This document shows, piece by piece, positions 1-9,883 of a stretch of DNA of 64,000 nt. Origin of the DNA: a virus. Taxonomy: Duplodnaviria > Caudoviricetes. The notes beneath the pieces were generated by a model. It saw only the letters and a program-made list of their open reading frames with translations, had not been told where the DNA came from and did no database searches. Within the stretch, counting starts at the first letter, position 1. Each line of letters starts with the position of its first letter. Made by a program: the position numbers and the translations under genes. The stretch spans positions 10,773-74,772 of IMG/VR virus record IMGVR_UViG_3300028591_000179; one strand, given 5' to 3'.

Positions 1-200
1 TGCTATGTTATGATGAATGGGATGCTGAAGATCCAATTTATGATGAAGACGGTAATATAAGTGTTCCTGGCCAAGAAGCAGGTAATAGATATAGTATTCG
101 TTATGAAGAATGTTTGTGTGTAGAAGCTGCTTATCAAAGATATAGAGCAGATAAATTAGAAGAAAGATTAAATATTTTAGAAAATAAACTAGGATTATAA
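1..200 (+). CDS. 3' end of tail fibre/spike with intramolecular chaperone (peptidase S74-like) C-terminus; partial
   Basis: Frame 3 reads LCYDEW...AGNRYSIRYEECLCVEAAYQRYRADKLEERLNILENKLGL*, typical of chaperone C-termini; TAA 198-200 overlaps the next ATG. Confidence 0.7.
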   Translation, partial: LCYDEWDAEDPIYDEDGNISVPGQEAGNRYSIRYEECLCVEAAYQRYRADKLEERLNILENKLGL

Positions 201-1669
201 TGACAATAATTTCTGAATTAAATACTTTGCAAAATAATCTCTCTAATGCTTATGATGCAATAGAAGAAAAAGGTGGCATTTTACCTACTAATAAAAATAT
301 GAATAATTTAGCAGATAGTATTGCAAATATTCCAGAAGCCAATTATACTTTGATGGGTAATGAATTAAGAAGAGCTTATTGCTGGTCAAAAACTGAAAAT
401 TTAAATGGTATGTGTCAATTATATGATGTTGAATATAAAAAATTTTCAAATTCTTTTCAAGCTACAAATATTAATATTTATGAGTTTGGATCATATACAC
501 ACAGAAGAGATAATGCTAGTTATTATTATTACGCTATAATAGATGGAAAATTATACACTATTACTACAAGTTCTTCTGAAATTACTATGACACAGCAAGG
601 TTCTGGAACTGGATGGGAAGATGTATTAAGTAACACAAAATTTGTTAGAAACGGTTATATTTATAATTCTTATGCCAACGCTAATAATGAAACTTCACCT
701 CTTATGGCTGCTATTAATCCAAAAAGAAATTTAGCAAATCGTGATAATCTTGGTTATTTTATAAATGATGGAAAATTATATAATACATCTGGAAGTAGAA
801 TTTTATCCAATGTTTCAGACATATCTTTAGTATACGTAGATTATTTAACAAGTTCACAATTATTATATATAAATTCGAGCGGTAATATATATAAAGCATC
901 TCCATCAGATTCTTCTGGAAAATTAATATCAAATCATATTATAACAGATCTTAGACCATTTGGTTTTAGTACATATGCAATTGCTTTTATTTATAATAAA
1001 ACAAATGTTTTAATTTGGAATAGCTATCTTGGTTCACTTGCAGCTACTTTTACATTTGATACAGATGTTAAAGCAATAAAAATGTCTAATAATAATGCAA
1101 ATCCATTAATTCTATTAAAAAATGGTGATTTGTATAGTATTTATAATCAGGTTAAAACATTAGTTTTACAAAATATTAAATGTTTTTTAACAAATGATTT
1201 TGCTCATGACTCTGCCGTTCATGCACGTGTATTTTTAGCGTTGTCAAATGATAATAAAATATATAAAATAACACGAGATACGTATTCATCATCGTGTACT
1301 TATGAAATAATAAATACTTTTGAATCTAATGTAAGAGTAATTTCTGATGAAAATGCTGATGGTAATGTATACATTGCTTGTTTAAAATATACCGGTGATG
1401 AATATATAAAGGAAAAGATGTTTACTACAAAATATATAAATGAAGTAACAACTGCTTATACAACTAATTCATATCAAGATTTAATTAGTTATCTGGTAAC
1501 TACAAAAAATATATCTGAAATTACTGTCAATAACAAAACATATAGTAGAGATGGCTCTAATGATTTAGTATTTGATTTTATACCTGAAGATCTAGAAAAT
1601 CATATATTTACAGATACTGATTTGTTACAGTCATATTTAAATGCAGGTATTATACAAGGAAATGGATAA
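200..1669 (+). CDS. Putative tail/virion protein (beta-rich, propeller-like body)
   Basis: N-terminal ISELNTLQNNLSNAYDAIEEKGG...NLADSIANIP anchor seen in phage tail proteins; Asn/Ser/Thr/Tyr-rich; coupled to upstream fibre gene. Confidence 0.5.
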   Translation: MTIISELNTLQNNLSNAYDAIEEKGGILPTNKNMNNLADSIANIPEANYTLMGNELRRAYCWSKTENLNGMCQLYDVEYKKFSNSFQATNINIYEFGSYTHRRDNASYYYYAIIDGKLYTITTSSSEITMTQQGSGTGWEDVLSNTKFVRNGYIYNSYANANNETSPLMAAINPKRNLANRDNLGYFINDGKLYNTSGSRILSNVSDISLVYVDYLTSSQLLYINSSGNIYKASPSDSSGKLISNHIITDLRPFGFSTYAIAFIYNKTNVLIWNSYLGSLAATFTFDTDVKAIKMSNNNANPLILLKNGDLYSIYNQVKTLVLQNIKCFLTNDFAHDSAVHARVFLALSNDNKIYKITRDTYSSSCTYEIINTFESNVRVISDENADGNVYIACLKYTGDEYIKEKMFTTKYINEVTTAYTTNSYQDLISYLVTTKNISEITVNNKTYSRDGSNDLVFDFIPEDLENHIFTDTDLLQSYLNAGIIQGNG

Positions 1670-1989
1670 TGAGATTACAACAAGTATTAGATGAAGCTAT
1701 AGAATTATTACAGCATCCAGAATTTAAAAGTTATGGAGCATTACAAAAAGCTCGTTATCAACATAGCAAATCTGAGGAAGAATTATTTTTACGTAGTAAT
1801 ATGTATAAAGGATCAATAGGTAATTCAGAGGCTACTAAAAAAGGACATATTACCAGAAAAAAGAATCCAAATTATAAAGAAGATATAAAAAAAGCCGCTC
1901 AAACTCGCTCAAACTGGTATAAAGATCCTGAAAATCTTAAAAAGTTTAAAGAAAGATTAAAACGGCGTAAAAAATCTAGCGATCAATAA
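1669..1989 (+). CDS. Small basic protein, possible NUMOD3-like DNA-binding repeats
   Basis: Lys/Arg-rich (HSKSEEE...KKGHITRKKNPNYKEDIKKAAQ); start overlaps upstream stop. Confidence 0.35.
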   Translation: MRLQQVLDEAIELLQHPEFKSYGALQKARYQHSKSEEELFLRSNMYKGSIGNSEATKKGHITRKKNPNYKEDIKKAAQTRSNWYKDPENLKKFKERLKRRKKSSDQ

Positions 1990-2383
1990 CTTTTAATTTA
2001 TTCATATAATCAATAAGATTAAAAATATTATCTTTATCTTCTAATGATAATGATTGATTTTTTGCTTTAATTTTTTTAAGGTAAGGTTCCATTTTTTGAT
2101 CATAGAATTTTTTTCTCATGCTTAAATGTGCCTTTTTTGCCTCAATTATATCATCAAAGTAATAAGAATGTTTAAAACAAGAAGATTCTTCATTTTTTCT
2201 AATTGTAACATTAAAATAATATCGAACAGGTCTTGCTAACACGATATTAACATTTGATGTTTTTGGTAATTCTGGATTGTAATGTGATTTTCCTATAGTA
2301 CTCAATTCTAAGATATTATTTTTTATTTCAGGATGAGTATTAAAGTGTTCTTGATATTGTTTATAACCGATTGAAGTTGACAT
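1976..2383 (-). CDS. Hypothetical protein, possible AP2-like domain
   Basis: AGGAG RBS; RYYFNVTIRK...YYFDDIIEAKKA segment. Confidence 0.45.
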   Translation of the reverse strand: MSTSIGYKQYQEHFNTHPEIKNNILELSTIGKSHYNPELPKTSNVNIVLARPVRYYFNVTIRKNEESSCFKHSYYFDDIIEAKKAHLSMRKKFYDQKMEPYLKKIKAKNQSLSLEDKDNIFNLIDYMNKLKVIDR

Positions 2384-2411
2384 AATTATTTACTCCTCTA
2401 TTATGGTTTTA

Positions 2412-2810
2412 TCAATCTTCTTTTATATCCTTTCCATATATTTTTATGTCATTTGGTTCAAAACGTTTTATAACATTCATAATTGACCAATGATCAAACA
2501 ATGGATTTTGTGCTGCTAATTTATTAAGTTCTTCTTGATGTTTATTAATAAATTGCTGTGCATCTTTTTTAGATTCAAAACATAAACCAGAGTATAATTG
2601 TTTTCTTCCCTCTATATAACTTTTATCATTTTTACGGCTAATTGCAGTATCCCAAGGTTTCCATTTAGACTCACCATTTTTAATTGTTACTTTTTTAGTA
2701 TTTGCACAATATTCAATAAAACCTTCACGGGGTGCTAAATTTCGTTTAAACTTGGTTTCTCTATTGCCACAACGATTCCAAGTGTTCATACGTATTTTAA
2801 CTAAACTCAT
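2412..2810 (-). CDS. Hypothetical protein
   Basis: 132-aa ORF with GGAG RBS. Confidence 0.55.
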   Translation of the reverse strand: MSLVKIRMNTWNRCGNRETKFKRNLAPREGFIEYCANTKKVTIKNGESKWKPWDTAISRKNDKSYIEGRKQLYSGLCFESKKDAQQFINKHQEELNKLAAQNPLFDHWSIMNVIKRFEPNDIKIYGKDIKED

Positions 2811-2945
2811 TTGATTAAAATCTCCATATAAAACATAATTAACAAACTAAACAATTGTTATAATATCAATGTAATTATGAAAATAAAACCAAATTCATAC
2901 TTTCATTAACGTAAATTTACCAAATAGTAAATACTAGTGACTAAA

Positions 2946-3584
2946 TTATTGTTTTTTAATAATAATTTTTACATTACCAGCGTTTACAGTTACACCATCT
3001 GCTTCAGGTATAAGTCCAAATTGAATTGGCTTATTATCTTCTTGTACTTTATTTATATTGGTTTTAAAAGTATGTGATAAAAGTGCTTTTAATTCATATT
3101 TATTCAAATCCCAACCCCAAGTACCAGAAATTATAGAATAAATTAATTCATTAGTTTCTTTATTTATTCTATATTTTATTAAAAGATTTTGAGGCTTTTC
3201 TTCACTATTAATTTCTGGATTTTTTGTAAACTGAATTTGATTGGTAAAATCTGTATATAAATACCAATCAATATTTAAATCATTTAATAATCCTTCAAAC
3301 AAATCTTTATTTATACGTTTGTGAATATCTTTTTGATAAAATAACAACTGTAAATACTTAGCTAAAGAAAAAATAGTTTTCATATTATCTCTATAAGTTT
3401 TTTGTACTTGTAATTCATTTTTTTCTAAAAACGAATCTATTAATGATTGAGATATTTCTTCAAATACTGGTAAATTTTTTATTTTTTCATCATTTGAAAT
3501 TTCAAATAAATCTTGTTTTACCTCATCTATAATTTTCTTTAATTCATTATCAATAAATTGTTCATATGATTCTAAACTATCCAT
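2946..3584 (-). CDS. Hypothetical protein
   Basis: 212-aa ORF packed in the - strand operon. Confidence 0.55.
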   Translation of the reverse strand: MDSLESYEQFIDNELKKIIDEVKQDLFEISNDEKIKNLPVFEEISQSLIDSFLEKNELQVQKTYRDNMKTIFSLAKYLQLLFYQKDIHKRINKDLFEGLLNDLNIDWYLYTDFTNQIQFTKNPEINSEEKPQNLLIKYRINKETNELIYSIISGTWGWDLNKYELKALLSHTFKTNINKVQEDNKPIQFGLIPEADGVTVNAGNVKIIIKKQ

Positions 3585-3589
3585 TTTAA

Positions 3590-3784
3590 TTATTCCTTAT
3601 TATTTGTAAAATTAACATTTGTAGTAATAGAATCAGAATTTGATAAAGTTATAGCTGTTTTTATAATATCATCTTCAGATACTGAATAATCAAATACAGA
3701 TTTTAATAAAACATTATTATCAGCTGTTTTATCTTTAATTTCAAGTATCCATGAGCCATCAATTTTATAAAAATTAAAATCCAT
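3590..3784 (-). CDS. Hypothetical protein
   Basis: GGAGG RBS; tight spacing. Confidence 0.55.
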   Translation of the reverse strand: MDFNFYKIDGSWILEIKDKTADNNVLLKSVFDYSVSEDDIIKTAITLSNSDSITTNVNFTNNKE

Positions 3785-3817
3785 TTTATCCTCCTATAAA
3801 TTATAATTTATAGAAGT

Positions 3818-4810
3818 CTAAAGATTATCCGTTTCTATAAATAAATTTGGATTAAATTTCCATTCTTTAGTAAATGGTTCATTATAAGGTATATATCCGC
3901 ATGGATTTAAAATATACTTTACTTTTCGTTTACCAAATTCAAAAGAATTTCTATTATGTACATGACCTGAAATTATTAATTTAATTCCAGGTAATTTACT
4001 ATCAATCCAATTTTCAAGATTTGAGGTATAACTAGCATTTAATAATCCTTTTTTATATTTTGGATCTATACATTTTGGAGACAAACAGTGATGTGTCATA
4101 AGTATAATTTTAGCATTTGGATTTATTTGTAAAATTTCATCATGACATCTTTTTACTTCTTTTTTAGCCAATTTATGAAGCTCTAAATAATATTCAGGTG
4201 TTAATGATTTATAAGTATTTTCATTTCCCCATTTAAAATCATTTAACCTTGATCTAGCTTCTGACATTGTTTCTATTTGTATTGCTTTAGTATTTAGTTT
4301 TTCATATGGTTTAAAATCACTGGCTAAACCATATAATTCGCTCCAAATATGCCACGCATAAGCTTTTTTGTTTAATTCTTCTAAAGTAAGATCACAATAT
4401 TTATAATCAGTATAAAAAGTACTACCTATAATTGCTACATTTGGATAATCAATCCACATCCAATCATTTTCTAAATAATGCCAAAACATATGTTCTTTAG
4501 GAAATTCTTCTTTGAGTTTATGTTTTAAATCTAAAAGTATAGGCTTAGTATAATTTTCATCTGTAAAATATACTATATGATTACCATCAATAAATATTAC
4601 CTTTTGATCTTTAAAAAATGATTCTAAAAATTCTTTGTGCTTTTCAACTCCTTCACAAATATCTCCAGCAATAAGAGTAACATCAGCTTTTTCTTGAAAT
4701 TTTTTACCAAAATAATGCCATAATCCAGATTGTTTATATGTTTTATTCCAATCTGGACCATTTATTCCTTTAGTATAATGTAAATCTGATATTATTCTAC
4801 ACTTGACCAT
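3818..4810 (-). CDS. Calcineurin-like metallophosphoesterase
   Basis: Motifs IISDLH, IAGDI, GNH, THH, SGHVH in canonical order. Confidence 0.9.
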   Translation of the reverse strand: MVKCRIISDLHYTKGINGPDWNKTYKQSGLWHYFGKKFQEKADVTLIAGDICEGVEKHKEFLESFFKDQKVIFIDGNHIVYFTDENYTKPILLDLKHKLKEEFPKEHMFWHYLENDWMWIDYPNVAIIGSTFYTDYKYCDLTLEELNKKAYAWHIWSELYGLASDFKPYEKLNTKAIQIETMSEARSRLNDFKWGNENTYKSLTPEYYLELHKLAKKEVKRCHDEILQINPNAKIILMTHHCLSPKCIDPKYKKGLLNASYTSNLENWIDSKLPGIKLIISGHVHNRNSFEFGKRKVKYILNPCGYIPYNEPFTKEWKFNPNLFIETDNL

Positions 4811-5249
4811 CTTTATACTCGTAATATAATAAATCTCTTATAGTTTTTAATTCATCTTTAGTTAATTCTTCTTGTTTTCCATAATTGAAACATAAATGCT
4901 CTAATTTTTGTAAAAGCAATCCATGTTTATATTGTACTTCTTTTTTATAATTTAATATATGATTTATTCCATCATTATAACCATCATTATAAGTACCGTA
5001 CTTATGAATTTCTCCATAAGCAGTATCTATTTCATCTTCATTTATATCAACATCGGTTATGTATGCATCTAAATTAAAATTAATATCTTTTAATTTTTCT
5101 AAACTTTCTTTAATCTGATCTGCTTCATTTTGTGTAATTATTTTATTTTCAACTTTCTTTTCTAAAGTTTTTAATATTCTATTACAATTTGTGACATCAA
5201 ATTGTATTTCAACATCTTGATTAGAATTAACATTTATACTATGATACAT
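4797..5249 (-). CDS. Hypothetical protein
   Basis: 150-aa ORF overlapping the next start. Confidence 0.55.
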   Translation of the reverse strand: MYHSINVNSNQDVEIQFDVTNCNRILKTLEKKVENKIITQNEADQIKESLEKLKDINFNLDAYITDVDINEDEIDTAYGEIHKYGTYNDGYNDGINHILNYKKEVQYKHGLLLQKLEHLCFNYGKQEELTKDELKTIRDLLYYEYKDGQV

Positions 5250-5438
5250 CTATTTCACTTTCTTATTTATTTTTCTTTGCATTGCCCGTTGAGTACGTCT
5301 TTCTTTTCTATTTAATTTTCTATATATTGGAGTATTACCTAAATCTTTGGCAGTCCAAGATCCATCTTCTTTAAAATCCATACCCAATAAATCATTTAAA
5401 GATTTTTCTTCTTTTTCATTTTTAGTTTCTTCAGTCAT
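5250..5438 (-). CDS. Small basic-tailed hypothetical protein
   Basis: C-terminal NRKERRTQRAMQRK; coupled to neighbours. Confidence 0.55.
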   Translation of the reverse strand: MTEETKNEKEEKSLNDLLGMDFKEDGSWTAKDLGNTPIYRKLNRKERRTQRAMQRKINKKVK

Positions 5439-5851
5439 TACAGCATATCCTTTGTAACATTAATAAAATTTTTATTATTTGGTAAAATAATCAATACTTG
5501 ATCATTTTCTAAATCATTATTTATTTTTGGTGCCCATTGTAAAGCATCCATTGCGGCCATTGATTCTAATATATTTGTTTTATACATTCTAGACCATTTA
5601 TTTTTAGTTTTTTTTAGATTATCTTTTATTAAAGAATCTAGTTTTAAAATAGTATTATAATTAGCTTGTATATTAGCATAATGATATTTTTTAAATTCAT
5701 TTTTTTCTATCATTTTTTCAATATCATTCATTATTCCTACATTTTTATATAAATCATAATAACATAAAATTTTCTTATTTTTATATATTTTATCATTTAT
5801 ATTATATATATTAGTTGTTTTTTTAAAAAAATTTTTAATAAAATTAAACAT
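5438..5851 (-). CDS. Hypothetical protein
   Basis: AAGGA RBS; coupled stop/start. Confidence 0.55.
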   Translation of the reverse strand: MFNFIKNFFKKTTNIYNINDKIYKNKKILCYYDLYKNVGIMNDIEKMIEKNEFKKYHYANIQANYNTILKLDSLIKDNLKKTKNKWSRMYKTNILESMAAMDALQWAPKINNDLENDQVLIILPNNKNFINVTKDML

Positions 5852-5861
5852 TCACTTATCC

Positions 5862-6221
5862 TTATACTTTACATAGTTTATCTAATTTATCATCTTTTGT
5901 ATAACATTTAAAACTATATACAACATCATTAGTTAACTTAATTGTGCTTTGTAATAATTCTGGAAACGAATCTATACAAATAGCATATCTATGATCTAAA
6001 TAATCAGAAATATCTGCTAATTTTAAAGATTTACAAAAAATATCAACATTTGTTATACTTTTAATATAATCTAGAAAATCACGGTCACATAAATAAATAT
6101 ATGATTGTTTTGGAAAAGAATAATTAGTATTAACTATTGAAAAAAATTTAACATTAATTAAATCTTTTCTTCTTCCATATTTATTATAAATATCTAATTT
6201 TGTTTTATCACACAAAAACAT
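5862..6221 (-). CDS. Hypothetical protein
   Basis: Abuts RNA ligase stop. Confidence 0.55.
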   Translation of the reverse strand: MFLCDKTKLDIYNKYGRRKDLINVKFFSIVNTNYSFPKQSYIYLCDRDFLDYIKSITNVDIFCKSLKLADISDYLDHRYAICIDSFPELLQSTIKLTNDVVYSFKCYTKDDKLDKLCKV

Positions 6222-7448
6222 TTATTTATTCCGCTCTTTTTCTAAAAATTCAATTAAATTTTCATATTTAATATTATCAATATACCTATCATAATTCGGT
6301 TTTTCTTTAATACCTTCAAATACAGCAAAATAAGTATTAGGATATTCTTGATTTACTTCTTTTGCAAATATTTGTTTAGCAATTTTTTCAGATTTTACAG
6401 ACTCTAAAATAGTTTTATATTTTTCTTTACCTATTTTACCATACTTTTCTAATATATTTTTATATTCAATTAAATTTGCTTGTATCTTTATTATTCGCTT
6501 ATTTAATTCTGGAAAAATTTGTAAAGCATCATCTATAGTTCCATCTCTCATACCATTTAAAATTTTTGCATCAGTAGTATCAAACATATTACGATAACCT
6601 TTTAATCGTATATAATCAACACATTTAATTTTGACACGATTAAAATATTTATCTACAACAACTACACCTTCATCCTTATCACCTTGATAACTATTACACA
6701 ATTTTAGTACTTCATCAATATTATGTAAATCAAAATATTTTACAGTATTAAAATTATTTATAACTGGAATTAAAGATTTTGCAGTATTTAAATCATACTC
6801 ATTTTGACTAGATAAATTACGACAGCCTAAATATATCAGATCTGTTTTTGGATTATCAACTAATATTCTTAATTTAGGAGATATTAATTCAAACATATAA
6901 GTACAATTATAAATAAAGTCATCCATATTAACTTTATTTTTATTTAAGCAATAATCAATTAAATCTTGAATAGTTACACAGTCTTTTGTTTCAATCTCAT
7001 CATATTTAGAAGGTATTTTAATTATTTCAGATGCCTCTAAATTTGTATTCCATCCATTATTAGTTACCCAAAACCATTTATTATCATAATAAAATAGTTT
7101 AATCAAAATACCATCTACTTTCTGCTCAACTAAAGCAGATTTCCAATCTATTTCTGGACAAAATTCTTGACCCATGTTACCAAATTTTGTAAATGGAGCA
7201 CAAACCATATATGGATTATTAGGATCCTTTATAGAAACAATACAACCTCTACAAAGTCTTACATATTCATCATTAAAATCACTAAATAAACCGTCATATG
7301 ATAGCATATATAATTCTGGATATAATAAATTATTATCCTTATCTTTAAAAGGACATTGCTTAATCTTAATTAATCTTGGAGCTTCTTCTAAAAAAGCTTT
7401 CCAATTTGAATTTGTTTTAATAAGATCTAAAAGTATATCATATATCAT
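6222..7448 (-). CDS. rnl1: RNA ligase, T4 Rnl1-like
   Basis: CRG...PFTKFGN, motif I EQKVDG, FELISP, DEGVV and VKIK nucleotidyltransferase motifs. Confidence 0.85.
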   Translation of the reverse strand: MIYDILLDLIKTNSNWKAFLEEAPRLIKIKQCPFKDKDNNLLYPELYMLSYDGLFSDFNDEYVRLCRGCIVSIKDPNNPYMVCAPFTKFGNMGQEFCPEIDWKSALVEQKVDGILIKLFYYDNKWFWVTNNGWNTNLEASEIIKIPSKYDEIETKDCVTIQDLIDYCLNKNKVNMDDFIYNCTYMFELISPKLRILVDNPKTDLIYLGCRNLSSQNEYDLNTAKSLIPVINNFNTVKYFDLHNIDEVLKLCNSYQGDKDEGVVVVDKYFNRVKIKCVDYIRLKGYRNMFDTTDAKILNGMRDGTIDDALQIFPELNKRIIKIQANLIEYKNILEKYGKIGKEKYKTILESVKSEKIAKQIFAKEVNQEYPNTYFAVFEGIKEKPNYDRYIDNIKYENLIEFLEKERNK

Positions 7449-7482
7449 TACTTTATTCTTTCATTTTTAACAAATATATAAG

Positions 7483-7989
7483 TTATTTATAATTTTGTAA
7501 AGCAAAATCTTTATAATTTACTATGTAATTTTTTGTTTCACCTTGTATTCCATACCCTAATTGTCTATTCATTCTATCTATTACATTTTCTGGTACTAAA
7601 CTAATTCCCATTCTAGCAGCATTTCTGGTTTTACAAACATCTATATTTACATCTTCAAAAGAAACAATAACTAAATTAACACCATATTGTTTACATAATT
7701 TATTATATCGATTTAAATATCTTTCTAAAGTATTAGTAGCATCAAAGACAGTATATTTATTTTTCTGTAATGATTCTTCTAATAACTTAAAAGCAATTTT
7801 CCAAATTTTATGTTCATTTAAAGGTTCAACACTTCCTCTATACTTGGTTAAAGCTTTATGCATTTCTTGTCGACGTAATTCATCTGGAGAAATAACAATT
7901 AAGTTATCAACTCCAGTAAAAGTATTAAGAATAAAAGTAGATTTTCCAGCACCGGGTAATCCTCTCATTACAAATAAATATTTATTCAT
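7483..7989 (-). CDS. Polynucleotide kinase (P-loop kinase domain only)
   Basis: GLPGAGKST Walker A, DELR, VFDATN, RNAAR lid; adjacent to RNA ligase. Confidence 0.8.
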   Translation of the reverse strand: MNKYLFVMRGLPGAGKSTFILNTFTGVDNLIVISPDELRRQEMHKALTKYRGSVEPLNEHKIWKIAFKLLEESLQKNKYTVFDATNTLERYLNRYNKLCKQYGVNLVIVSFEDVNIDVCKTRNAARMGISLVPENVIDRMNRQLGYGIQGETKNYIVNYKDFALQNYK

Positions 7990-8911
7990 TTACTACATCC
8001 TTTTTATATCCAAGATCTTCTGCATATTTTTTCATTTTAATTAAAATTTCTTCTTCTTCTCTTTTTTTAAATTTTTCTACTCTTTCATCTATTATATTTT
8101 TTAAAGGCTCTGGTAAATTATCAAAATCAAATTGCTCATTATTAATTCTTTTGCTAATTGCCCAATTTAATGATATATTTTTTAAATTTTTATATTTTTT
8201 ACCTTTTAAAGTTTCCAAATCAATATTATTATCATTTGCAGCCAAATATAATTTTATTAATGGAAAATAAACTCCATTACCAGATCTATTTTCTAATATT
8301 GCCAAAAATTCTTCTAAAGTTTTAGCTTTATATAAAGATGAAGAATCAATTAAAGTTTGATTTTTATCCCATCTTAAGGCAATTGCCTTTAAATCTTGAT
8401 AACTTATAGTCTCAAGAATTTGTGGTTTAATTACATCTTTATTACATTCTAAATATTTTTTAATCAAAGTAATATAAGGGCCAGCCGTTCCAATATTATT
8501 TTTAATAAACTTATACCAATTCATTCCATCATATTCACTAACACTTACTATTACTTTTTGAAGCTCTTCTTCTTGTTTTTCGGCTACTTGCTTATCATGT
8601 TCTTTTTTCCAAGCAAGCATTTTTTTATTAATGTGTTTTAATTCTGATGGATCTAATTTTTTTTGAATAATATTAGAAATTATTTCATTTAACAAATATT
8701 TATTATTATTTGGCTTACCATTTTCATTATGAAAATATTCATAACAACCGTCATAATAAGTATAATGATGTCTAATGTAATTAACTTTTGCAACAAAAGA
8801 TAAAGAATTTTCATCATTAATTATATCATTTATACTTCTAATTCCAATTGTTTTTATATAAGATTTAGATCTTTTTGCTAATTTTCTTTTTAATCCAAAA
8901 TCTATTGACAT
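7982..8911 (-). CDS. Hypothetical protein with internal duplication
   Basis: Two similar units YITLIKKYL...YQDLKAIALRW and YFPLIKLYL...YKNLKNISLNW. Confidence 0.55.
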   Translation of the reverse strand: MSIDFGLKRKLAKRSKSYIKTIGIRSINDIINDENSLSFVAKVNYIRHHYTYYDGCYEYFHNENGKPNNNKYLLNEIISNIIQKKLDPSELKHINKKMLAWKKEHDKQVAEKQEEELQKVIVSVSEYDGMNWYKFIKNNIGTAGPYITLIKKYLECNKDVIKPQILETISYQDLKAIALRWDKNQTLIDSSSLYKAKTLEEFLAILENRSGNGVYFPLIKLYLAANDNNIDLETLKGKKYKNLKNISLNWAISKRINNEQFDFDNLPEPLKNIIDERVEKFKKREEEEILIKMKKYAEDLGYKKDVVNE

Positions 8912-8978
8912 TTTTTAATTCCTTTCAATTATTCCTTTCTTAAAAAAACAAATAAGAATCATTTCTTATTATATTTAT

Positions 8979-9007
8979 ATTATATATTAATAAACTATTT
9001 GTGTAAA
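8979..9007 (-). promoter_or_regulatory. Early sigma70-type promoter
   Basis: TTTACA-N17-TATAAT on - strand upstream of 8911. Confidence 0.7.
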
Positions 9008-9012
9008 ACAGT

Positions 9013-9318
9013 TTACTTATTTAATAAAGCTATTCTTAATATTGTCAAATAATCATCTTTATATAATTTTTTTAATGTTTTAAGTTCATCAATAAAATTT
9101 TTATTATTTGCAATTTCTAATAGTTTTTTATAAATAATAGATAATATAAGATTTGCATCTATATTTTCTAATTGCTGATATAAAGTTGGTATATATCTAT
9201 ATATATTATAAATTGTTATTATCTCATTTGGACTAAACATTTGCCCATCATTAGTATGAAAAGTTGTATCTGATGGTAAATCAGGATGAGTATACGATAT
9301 TATTGAGGCATCACACAT
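9013..9318 (-). CDS. Hypothetical protein
   Basis: 101 aa; ends YLTILRIALLNK. Confidence 0.5.
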   Translation of the reverse strand: MCDASIISYTHPDLPSDTTFHTNDGQMFSPNEIITIYNIYRYIPTLYQQLENIDANLILSIIYKKLLEIANNKNFIDELKTLKKLYKDDYLTILRIALLNK

Positions 9319-9632
9319 TATTTTATCTCTTTTACTAATTCATTTAATTTATTACTTTGTTCTTTTAATAATCCCATTTCTATGGCAATAACAGTATATC
9401 TATAATTTAATTGATATAGTTTTAAAGTTGATTCATATATATCTCTATTTTCTGGATAACTGTTATAATATAATTCAAATATTTTTTTATACCATGTATC
9501 TAAATTTTCATCTTTTAACTTATCATTAACATAACCAACAGTAGCTATTTCATCAAAAGAATTAGGACTTTTTATAGAAGTATAATAACATTTATTACTA
9601 TTTGGAGTATTGACAACAATAGAATTATTCAT
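9318..9632 (-). CDS. Hypothetical protein
   Basis: Coupled stop/start. Confidence 0.5.
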   Translation of the reverse strand: MNNSIVVNTPNSNKCYYTSIKSPNSFDEIATVGYVNDKLKDENLDTWYKKIFELYYNSYPENRDIYESTLKLYQLNYRYTVIAIEMGLLKEQSNKLNELVKEIK

Positions 9633-9883
9633 TATAATTTATCTCCCATTGCTAAAATTACTAATTTATAATTTTGATATACTTTATATAAAGATTCAAA
9701 TTCAGATTTTAATTCTTCATGTGAATTTAATAGAGCTTCATATAAATTTTTCCAATTTTCTTCCTCTATACTTTGTGCTGTTGGTATAGTATGAGGATAT
9801 AAACTACTAAAATCTATATTTGTTAACTTTTGACAATGTGCAAATGCAAATGATAAATCTAAATCAAATTTATCTGGACCCAT
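9632..9883 (-). CDS. Hypothetical protein
   Basis: GGAGG RBS; coupled. Confidence 0.5.
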   Translation of the reverse strand: MGPDKFDLDLSFAFAHCQKLTNIDFSSLYPHTIPTAQSIEEENWKNLYEALLNSHEELKSEFESLYKVYQNYKLVILAMGDKL

